DNA of 64,000 nt from Massalongia carnosa. Lineage: Eukaryota. The translations under genes and the position numbers were made by a program. The number at the start of each line of letters is the position of its first letter. The stretch's first letter is position 1. The stretch spans positions 992,001-1,056,000 of the forward strand of contig OZ287083.1 in assembly GCA_965645245.1 (NCBI GenBank). The letters run 5' to 3'. The notes beneath the pieces are model-generated. The model worked only from the letters and a program-made list of their open reading frames with translations, was not told where the DNA came from and ran no database searches. Positions 13,513-22,799 of the stretch are shown here, one piece after another.

Positions 13513-14839
13513 CACGCGGGTGACAAAATAAATTGCAACGTGTAAGCGAATTTACCCCTGAATGCCCCATCAAAACACCCTCCTTTTTTTCAACTTTTTA
13601 TCTCATCATCAATGTCTCGACCCACAAAGCCTCATTATGATACTCCCACAAAGGCCAAAGTTCAAGGAGCTTATCAATTTCTCATCTCACATGCAATTCC
13701 ATTCGATCCACGGGCCATTTTTCAGGAATTTGGCGTGGCCGAGCGCGCGGGCTATAACATCATCAAAAGCGGAGCTTCTTCTCGCACACGTCACAATTCT
13801 TCTCTCGTTGAGACTCGGGGTCGAAAGCGAAAGATTAGTGATGATCAGCTGAAGGAGGCAGATCACATTCTGCAGGATCAAGATCTACAATTGGAAGGAA
13901 AACGCTACACATGGGATGCTTTAGCACAGGAGATTGGGGCCGACGTGATGGGACGTACAATGAAGAGAACTCTTACAGCTGCCTTGAATTATCACAAATG
14001 TCTAGCCTGTGTCAAAGGGTGGCTGGCAATGGCATCAGAAGAAAGAAGAGAAGAATTTGCTACAGTTATGTTAAATAAATATCCTCGGTCCGAAGACTGG
14101 CATCGCGTACGATTCAGCGATGAGATTCATTTTGGCTACGGGCCTGAAGGACAGTTACGAATCATTCGTAAGCCCGGAACAAGATATCGTTGGGATTGTA
14201 TTCAGCATCGTGATGCACCACCTGAGAAAGATCGTAAAAGAAAGCACTGCTGGGCAGCAGTTGGTTACAATTTCAAGTCGGATATCTACTTCTACGATGT
14301 GCCCAGCAATAGCAATGGAAAAATGACTCATCAGGTGTATATTGACGCTATTCTTGATCCCGTTGTCAAGCCCTGGTTGGAGCGTGGAGATGACTTCGTA
14401 CTTGAAGAAGATGGAGACTCTGGTCATGGCACGGGCAAGACACGAAACGCGGTCAAAAAGTGGAAGTTAGATCACGATTTAGAGCACTATTTCAATTGTG
14501 CTTCATCTCCTGATCTAGCCTCCATTGAAAATTGCTGGCAGCCCGCAAAGCAGCATGTTCGTAAATTTCCTCATTGGGACGATGCAAGTTTGGAGCAGCT
14601 GATTAGGGAGGGATGGGCTCGAGTCAGTCAGGAATTTATCAATGAAAGGGTGTTATCCATGCCCAAAAGATTGAAAGAGGTAAAAGATGCAAAGGGGGCG
14701 ATGACTGGTTATTGATCTCATGTAATTTAGATGAATTTTATCAGCTATGCAGATGATGGTTGATGATGAGATGAAAATTTGAATAAAAAAGGGGGGGTAA
14801 ATTCGCTTACACGTTGCAATTTATTTTGTCACCCGCGTG
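13513..14839 (+). mobile_element. Tc1-like DNA transposon, 1327 bp, perfect 46-bp TIRs, apparent 5-bp TSD AGAGC
   Basis: TIR CACGCGGGTGACAAAATAAATTGCAACGTGTAAGCGAATTTACCCC at 13513-13558 and inverted at 14794-14839; AGAGC at 13508-13512 and 14840-14844. Confidence 0.92.
13612..14715 (+). CDS. IS630/Tc1-type DDE transposase (DD38E), intact, 367 aa
   Basis: GRKRK linker, RFSDE, EEDGDSGH, SPDLASIENCW, C-terminal GAMTGY; 38 residues between second D and E. Confidence 0.92.
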   Translation: MSRPTKPHYDTPTKAKVQGAYQFLISHAIPFDPRAIFQEFGVAERAGYNIIKSGASSRTRHNSSLVETRGRKRKISDDQLKEADHILQDQDLQLEGKRYTWDALAQEIGADVMGRTMKRTLTAALNYHKCLACVKGWLAMASEERREEFATVMLNKYPRSEDWHRVRFSDEIHFGYGPEGQLRIIRKPGTRYRWDCIQHRDAPPEKDRKRKHCWAAVGYNFKSDIYFYDVPSNSNGKMTHQVYIDAILDPVVKPWLERGDDFVLEEDGDSGHGTGKTRNAVKKWKLDHDLEHYFNCASSPDLASIENCWQPAKQHVRKFPHWDDASLEQLIREGWARVSQEFINERVLSMPKRLKEVKDAKGAMTGY

Positions 14840-15085
14840 AGAGCACAGAGTACTCTGTACTCTGTACCGTTGTTAACCTTTTGGGGGCTGGGTACGCCGT
14901 AACGTTTACTAACTAGTTCTCTGTACTCCGTACTCGGTAGCATAGTCCGTAAACTTCCATACGAAGCCCGCTAGCTATCAGATAGATAACGAAGGCTTTC
15001 GCATGCCCTGCGAAAAAAAGTTGAAATAAGATTCCCCACTAAATCTTCAATACACGACTTACTTCTATGATTTGTTTTAAAGGTA

Positions 15086-16958
15086 CGGAGGCGAATCTCA
15101 AAAGTAATGATAATACGCTAAAGACTAGCGCCGTAATTTAGATTTTCCATACCGAGCCTGAAATTCTACCAACTATCTATATATGCCATTACCAACCATC
15201 TAATCAACGTCTTTTTGGTCTGAAACTGGCTGCAGTACGAATAACCTTCTGAATGCGTGGGGGAAGGTGATTTTTCGGAGATAAAACGGCTCTTTTTCTC
15301 AATAAGGGGGGTGTCAATGGCTTCTGTGTAGGGGGCTCAGGGGTAACTGCCCTGACATTCAACGGGCTGGGTGTATCATCCTTTGATTGTCTGGATGATG
15401 GTCTCGTTGACGCCACAGAAGAAGAAGAAGAAGAAGAAGAAGAAGAAGCTGGTTTTGCTGTATTACTGAGCAATTCTTCCCTCAGCTGTTGAAGTCGCAT
15501 TTTTCCTTCTTTGGTCCGTCCATCAACGTCCAAATGTCCTTCGCAATACTCATTTCCACCTTCCAATTCAATGACTTTTGCAATGTGACGTGGAATTCTT
15601 TCAATCCATGCCTGAATATTCTCCTGAGGTAGATCGTCCCAAGTGCGATGCCACATAGATTCAGCAATTAACCGAGAACTAGGAGGACCTTTGGCAGTTG
15701 TACGTCGCTTCATCCAGGGCCAGCAGGGTTCAATCATGTTGAGATCAGGAGAATTTCCGGGCCATAAAAGACGCTCGATGCCATGACGAGAGAAGATGGG
15801 AATCTGATGCTTGGAAGCATGAGACGGAGCCTTATCTTCCTGTACGATCATTTCAGACAATCCGGCTTCTCTTCTTTTTGCATTGCATTGCTGAGCAAAA
15901 GGAATCAGTTTTGGCAGAAGTATGACGTTTTGATACCGCCACCAATCAATGCCTCCTTTACCTTCTTTTCTGATCATCTTTCCATGTTCCTCATCCCATT
16001 TCCATTGCGGCTTTTTTCCTGGTAAATTGCGAGTTGAAAGACGTCTCATTCCATTGGTCAGCTCCCAATTTAATCTCTCACTGGCTTCCAATGCAGCATT
16101 CATCTCGTCAAGCTTGGTTTTGGCTTCCGCTTTTTCCGCTTTTGTCTCCGGTTTCCAGCAATGACATGGCCCCTTCCAATCGTAGGAAAAGCATCCCCAA
16201 AACATGAATTCATGAGCCCCATGCCACCTGGCACGTACGGTGGATTTGACTGGTCTTCTTCCTTCCTTGGTTGTACGCCAAATTTTGACAGCTCCGCGAC
16301 GGTGACCAAGCACTATTGCTGTTTCATCTGACCAAATAACCCGCTTCCAATCCTCCACGGTCCAGTCTTTATACAGGAGACAAAAAGCCAGTCTAGCCGC
16401 TTTCATTTCAGGAGTAAGCCCTGGTCTATACGACGGTTTGACTTTTTTATAGCCTCTTTGTTTTAGGATTCTCCACACGGTGCATCTGGACAGTCCAACT
16501 TCTCTTGCCAACTGGGCACTGGTTTTTTCACGGGCGTATCTGTCTTTTATGACTAGATCAATGACTTCATCTTCTTTCTCAGTAGTAGCCTTTCTCGGTC
16601 GACCAGATTTTTCTTCATGACGGGCGTATTTATCAAGCACCTGCAAAGAAATGGCGGGATCAAATCCTCGATCCCTGGCAATGCGACGAATACGATAAAT
16701 GTTGGGGACAGAATAACCTGTAGTAGCTGCAATAAATTCAATTGAGGCCGGGGTGCAATAAGACAACGTCAAGACCTGAGCCCGCAAAGAAATATCAGCT
16801 GATTTATTGACCATGATGATGATTTGATCAAATGTTGGTTCGTAATGATTTGGGATGAGAAAAGGGGAAAGAAAAGGGGAAAATTTGCTCGGTACGGAAA
16901 ATTTAAATTACGGCACTAGCTTTTAGCGTATTATCATTACTTTTGAGATTCGCCTCTG
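15086..16958 (-). mobile_element. Tc1-like DNA transposon, 1873 bp, 72-bp imperfect TIRs, TA TSD
   Basis: TIRs at 15086-15157 and 16887-16958 with about 6 mismatches; TA at 15084-15085 and 16959-16960. Confidence 0.93.
15204..16814 (-). CDS. Tc1-type DD34E transposase, 536 aa, with catalytic-domain insertion and low-complexity C-terminal tail
   Basis: SGRPRK, WSDET, QEDKAPSH, WPGNSPDLNMIEPCW; 34 residues between D and E. Confidence 0.92.
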   Translation of the reverse strand: MVNKSADISLRAQVLTLSYCTPASIEFIAATTGYSVPNIYRIRRIARDRGFDPAISLQVLDKYARHEEKSGRPRKATTEKEDEVIDLVIKDRYAREKTSAQLAREVGLSRCTVWRILKQRGYKKVKPSYRPGLTPEMKAARLAFCLLYKDWTVEDWKRVIWSDETAIVLGHRRGAVKIWRTTKEGRRPVKSTVRARWHGAHEFMFWGCFSYDWKGPCHCWKPETKAEKAEAKTKLDEMNAALEASERLNWELTNGMRRLSTRNLPGKKPQWKWDEEHGKMIRKEGKGGIDWWRYQNVILLPKLIPFAQQCNAKRREAGLSEMIVQEDKAPSHASKHQIPIFSRHGIERLLWPGNSPDLNMIEPCWPWMKRRTTAKGPPSSRLIAESMWHRTWDDLPQENIQAWIERIPRHIAKVIELEGGNEYCEGHLDVDGRTKEGKMRLQQLREELLSNTAKPASSSSSSSSSSVASTRPSSRQSKDDTPSPLNVRAVTPEPPTQKPLTPPLLRKRAVLSPKNHLPPRIQKVIRTAASFRPKRR

Positions 16959-17158
16959 TACAAAACGAACAATTACTGCTTAGATTCATGATTTAAATTA
17001 GTTGTCTGACTTTAATGATCGTACAGAAAGAATAATTTTGCAATTGTGTTTTGAGGAGTAAATTAATAAAATCCTGATTTTGGTGTGTCAACTTTTTTTC
17101 GCACCACGTGCCCTGCTCCAGGATTCACAAAGTCCATCCTTTGTATAATCCGACAATC

Positions 17159-18231
17159 ATGGTGCGAAACCCTCCCGTAAAGTAAACCCACGTTCCAATT
17201 GGCTGATTTATCTTGTAATTGAAAGGCTAAAAGAAAGAGCATAACCGGAATCCGCAAGAAGCGCCCAAAACTTACCAACACGGCGCTCCCGGCCTTTTCC
17301 TTGCCGTTAGGGCACGTTACTTGTACGAATTCATCATCCCACTCCGATGATGAGCACGGAGAAACGGCTGCTTCTACTGTACCCTTGGGCCAGAAGGGGA
17401 ATCGTCGCTCAAAGAAAAATGAGCGAAACAGCATTGACAGCAGGTCTCACGAACATCGACCAATAGTTGGTAAGTGCTGAAGCCCAAGAACCATGTCATG
17501 CATTGCTGAATATATTCAGAAGACCGATCGCGTCATGCGTACGCACCCCTCTCGCCACGAATACGACATATCTCCCAAGACGTCGTGCGGTTTAAGTGGA
17601 AATGCGTTCCAAAGCCTATCGAGGAGAAGATCCAAGAACTTCTACGATCAATTGAAAGGCCAGTCCTAGCTCGGCACGCGGCGGAGTCGAGAAAGATCGA
17701 GGCCCAACAGGCCATAGCCTCCATCGCTGCAACGTGAGTCGTATTTGTAATGATGTTGGTTGATCCTCAATCTGCTGCTGACGTTACATCAAAGGCTGGA
17801 GAGACGGCTTCCTCGCATACCATTTCCACCCAGAAGAAGAGCCATCGATTTTGACTATGAGGGACTTCTCAAGGATAACGTATGTTCCCAGCGTGATCAC
17901 TGAAGCTGATTCGCTAGGATTGTAATTGATAAACAAATAGCGGATGCTAGAGCAACATCTAAACCGCACCGACGAATCAGTTCGAATCCTTAGCGACCAA
18001 ATCAGACGAGAAAACGCATTGCTAGACTTGGATAAGGAGAATCTTGAAACCGTTCGCAGTAAGGCCCAAATTGACGACGAGGTGCTTGAATGGCAGGTAA
18101 GGAACCCCATGGTCCTCGAATCATGACCGGATTTCGTTACAGATAGCTGAGGGTCTGCTTTACATAGCATCATCATTCATACGCTCAACAAACCCTGGGC
18201 AATGGCGACAGCCCCGCCCAGATCACCCTAG
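17159..18231 (+). CDS. CENP-Q/Okp1-like kinetochore protein, spliced; 3' end uncertain, possibly truncated
   Basis: Exons join to YAPLSPRIRHISQDVVRFKWK...LRSIERPVL...RKIEAQQAI...LERRLPRIPFPP...FDYE...LEQHL, a pattern I recognise from filamentous-fungal CENP-Q proteins. Confidence 0.65.
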
Positions 18232-18390
18232 AACGGCCTCCGCATGTAGGGGGGGTGGAGTCTTGGGGAAGGGGCTGATTGTTTGGTTGACAAGGCGTAT
18301 TGGCGTATCGAGCAGGGAGATTGTGAGGATCGGGAATGGTTGATTGGATGAGTGAATGAGTAGGAGAAATATTTTGTTGTGAAATAAGAA

Positions 18391-18994
18391 GGGAACTAAT
18401 ACCGGGACACCCCTTTTCACTACCTTGACACCCTCATTCTCTAGGTTAACACCCCCAAGTAAGCTAACTCGATTGAGTATAAATTTCCCTCGGACGCAGA
18501 AACAACTGAAGAAAACATTCTCGATTTGATGAAATTCTAGACAGTCGTTTGATGCTTCCTCGATGATCGTTTTCAATGAATTGAGCTTCATTTCGTATTT
18601 ACATTCGAAAGGCCTAAATCAAATCCACTTCATCTACTTCAATCGATTGGATAGCTTCACCGGAGACCACCTCTTCATCTTGTGACGGCTCATCATTCCT
18701 CTCTCTGCCCCGTCCTCGCCCTCGCCCCCGTCCTCGATCTCGCCTCCGCCTCCGCCTCCGCCCCCGCCTCGGAGGCCCATTCAACATCTTCTCGACATGT
18801 TCGAACTCTGATAACTCCCGTTGAGTAGAGTTATCAGCCTTTCGTTGCTCTTTCCGATTGTAAATGCATCGCGATTGTAGGACGCCCTATGAAATGCATA
18901 CAGGTGAGTTCCAGCTCCGGAACGGATAAACTATCCAATCGGGTTAGCTTACTTGGGGGTGTTAACCTAGAGAATGATCCCGGTATTAGTTCCC
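18391..18994 (-). mobile_element. Non-autonomous Mutator-like (MULE) element, 604 bp, 8-bp TSD AATAAGAA
   Basis: TIR GGGAACTAATACCGGGA...TCATTCTCTAGGTTAACACCCCCAAGTAAGCTAAC at both ends; AATAAGAA at 18383-18390 and 18995-19002; internal minus-strand remnant GRP...STQRELSEFEHVE...RGRGRG resembles fungal MULE transposase C-termini. Confidence 0.8.
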
Positions 18995-19942
18995 AATAAG
19001 AAACGGGAAATTCCTATTTAACATTGATCTCAAATTTCCCAAATTTCCCCTAAACATCAATGCTTCTTTTTTCTCGACTTTTCCGCCCACGCAACAAAAT
19101 TTGATTTATTGAGTTTAACCGACTTATTTTTTTTGGAATTTCGTCTTCAAATTATTATTGTACTATAGTTATCGATTGTTATTTTGCAAAAGCGTGAATA
19201 AACTCTAATTTATCGGCAACAAATTATCACCACGTCAAATGTACTATGTACATAGAGTATGTATCTCGAAACCAAAGTTCTATTGATCCAAAATCTACCG
19301 TTTTCAAACACCGATACAGTTGATGCATGGATTACCGGAACCAAACCCATTATCCGACAAAACCACCGAAAATCATAACGACATTTGAGATATGTTGAAA
19401 AGTCTGGCAACGTGATCTAGTTAGAAGTGTGTCGGAAATGCAAGTAGGTAGGTACTGATGCGGACTGCCAATGGTAGGCAAAACGGTAAAGGAGGGAGGC
19501 CGTGGACAGCCGAAGAAGGCCGAAGAAGGCCGAAGGTGGATAACTTAGCCGGTGGAGGCCGAGGTTCGAAGGGAATGATGTCCAAATACCTTGTTGGACG
19601 AAGAGAGGAGAATGAGGGCATGAGAGCTTGTATATGTAATAGTCTGTTGTAGGGGGGATTGTTACGGGGCGTGCAGGCCGAAATCCATGGAGCAGAGAAG
19701 ATATATAGAAAAGACCCTCACATCAAGAGAAGGCACAGTAGGCACCCGTACACACGATGAGGAAAGACTCTGTTTGGTGTTATATCCCGAAGTGACGAGG
19801 TGTAGAAAGTATAACTATTTTTTTTTAAAACCCCAGCTTTATACTCCTTGTGGCCCTGTGGTTCCGAAGCTATGTATCATTCGATTGGCGCCGATTTTTG
19901 CGAGATCCTTACATGCTCCCGTTCTATTCCCTCCACGCTGTC

Positions 19943-21160
19943 CTAGTCGTACGGTTTCGAGTATATGTCAAAGAGCCCGAGACAGGGACGTCGACGGGCA
20001 CGGAGAACTGCGTCGCACACGCTTTCTAGATCTAAGATTGTCCCTTTCTCTTGAAATCCTTGTCCGACACCGTGTCTGACCGTGATCCGGTGCTGGGCGT
20101 CCCGCTTCGCGATCTCGTTCCTGGTTGCTTTGTTAAATATGAGTTGCATTCATCTGGTGGCACTACCCGATGCTCTCCTGTTGATAAAAGCAAATCTCGA
20201 GACGCCGGCTGCCAGAAAACCTTGAAGAAATGGAAAAACGGACCAAGCAAACCGGGTAAACAGGAACTCGGGAGCTACCCCGTCAATGAAGTGCAGCTTT
20301 GTGTTATGATACAGTTTGCCCAACTCCTGTGAATCCTTGAGAAGATGAGTAACTAAGTTTGGCGCTTCATTCGCTGCGGCTTTGGGGTCAAAGACAAATT
20401 GATATCGATCAAATGCAGTGCGCAGATCCTCCCGAATAAGCATGACATTGGCGGGATCATTGATAGCGCTGAAGCCGGCTTTGCTTGGATCATTTATGTA
20501 AAGCTGCATCACGTTGTCAAGGAACTAACGAGTTTCGCTGCGAGGGCAAAGATGTGCTTTCTCGCAGCTTTCTCGGTTAGCGCTAACTCGGCATGAGACA
20601 TCATGGAGAGCCACTCCTTTTGATGCGTCGTCTAGTCCAGAATCGCTTGGGCGAGTTGCAGAGGCAAAAGACCCGTGATCCCACAATGACGGAAGATTGT
20701 TATGTGGAAACCGCCATTCCCTAAAACAAGGAAAACAGGATACTTGAAGGAATCCAGGCAGGGTTCTTTGGTATCTAGACACATTACTTATCAACATTCG
20801 GAACAAAACAGAGGTGCCTTGCGTCTAACCTAATGTTGGAGACGGAACGTGAAAAAAAGTACTCTGAGTTTAATAATATGCCATGAGGGGGAATGACCAC
20901 ACGAGGCCCATTTAGATTCTCAGTAAAATAACCATCCCATCTGTTCCCTGCAACAATTCCACAAGCAATTCGGGCTGTTTCATGATGTATGCCACCTTTC
21001 GCATGATCCCGTGCCCCAAAAAACAGTAGAACATTGTGAGGAAATGAATATCCAGGATGTCGAATGAATACCCGATGCCGAAATTCAACGGAAATTGTAG
21101 AAGTGTCAATCACATGCGTGCGGAATTGTCTGCATCGGACGGATCGTAATTGTTTGATTC
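19943..21160 (-). pseudogene. Fungal HNH endonuclease-like (HNH_2-type) pseudogene
   Basis: IRHPGY, GGIHHETARIACGIVAGNRWDGYF, WRFPH, SCRVS...AHLCP, DPANVMLIREDL, LYHN, RFAWSVF motifs lie in different frames; T7 frameshift at 20852-20858; TAG at 20525-20527 where W is expected; no in-frame ATG found. Confidence 0.8.
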
Positions 21161-22799
21161 ATGGAAGTCGAGAGCAAAAGTAGATATACGTTGAGTAATG
21201 ATCTCTGGACTTCTTAGGTCTTTGATTAGATGAGGGTGAGAGAATGGAAATGGGTATCTATCATATTTAATGGAGGGAAAAGACACAAGAAACAAAGAAG
21301 CAAGGAATCAGCGTGTTATCTAGTTAGTTGTGCGTGCATTTCATTCCAGGGTTAGAAATGTCTCAACGTAAATCAATGTCTTATATCAAGTGCCTTGCAG
21401 ATACTCGCTATTTGATGGAAATAAATGTTCGACATAATCGGTAAATTTGGTTGATTTCTTGATATTTGTCTTGATTCATGAGGGTTGTCCATATAAATGA
21501 TCGTTGCTACCTTCGAAAACGCTCATTTAGGATAGATAAGATTGTAGAGTGCTCTAAAAATCTGTTGTTGTCCTGTCTCTGCTTTGATTGTCTCTCTCTC
21601 TCTGTGTCTGTTTCTGTTTCTGTAAGTGATCACCACATCACAACCGAAGAAAGAAAGAAAGAAGAAACTGTGGAACTCAAGGCGTAAATATAGTACACTC
21701 CTTTCAACCTCTCAGTAAGAACACTACCTAAGAATTTTTCCCTTGGGCGCCTTGAACGCTAGTTCACTCATCTGAGATGAAGGGGGTGTCGGTGCACTAT
21801 CCTGTGGGTAGAGGAAACCAACCATCTATCATTTCAGACACATTCATATGAAAACTGCTATGCATCGTATCAATGACTTCGCAAAGCGCCGAATGCACCG
21901 CAACGGGTAGATTGAATATTAGAGTTGAAAGAGGCAGAGGCGAGGGACTTCGGCCAAGTATTGTAAAAGAAGCTTCCATGCCTTGTCTTGGCAGTTGATT
22001 TGATGCGTTTTTTTTTCACTCCGTGAGATGGGTCTCTTGGCCATGACATTATTGTACCGAGAAGAGCAGCGCGGACGGTATGGAACACGGATTTTAACGA
22101 AATGAACAAAGATCAAACATTTTACCGTTAATATCCTGAGTCCAAGCATGTACGACGATACCTATCAGAACAATTGTGTATCTCATAAATGAGAAGCTGG
22201 ATAGGGGTGTCAAATGCAGAGTTCTCTCCTGTCAACTAGGCGTGAGTGATCATGGCGTGCTCTGTATGTATGAGGGGATGTCTGTTCGTAAGTACAAGCT
22301 ACATACGCGTGATGTGGTTTAACCAAGGGTTAGGTAAAGGACAACCGCTACTATTTCTATGGGGCCTACTCTATGACACAACTGCACTATATATTTACTG
22401 TTAAGTTGCTTCGCGTGTTAAGGATGAATGACGAAATATCAGTATTTTCATTCCTCCTACTATATCTACCAGTTGGCCAAAGCCGTTCGGCAAAACCATG
22501 GCAGGATGGGATTGCGGACAAGCGATGCAGATGTTATTTTCTCTTCACGTCATTTCCAAGCAGTGTACAATGTAATGGTCTCGCATTTGGGTTAAATACA
22601 ATCGAGTCAATTCAAAAAGAGTAATTTATACAAACGCCTTGTGCAGCACTTTTGCAATGATGTTTCAAGTCCCCCCCCTCCCCGAGAAAGCAAAGACACT
22701 AATAAAAAAGGGGCAGGAAAGCACGGCTGTTATGGTGGCCTAATTGTCCGCTGGCTGGAACTTCAGAGATATTGTGTTGGTGGGATTATCCAATACTTC

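Noticed and set aside
21621..21840. Solo-LTR-like TG...CA segment (also near 19430-19720)
   Set aside because: No matching TSD and no second copy in the window
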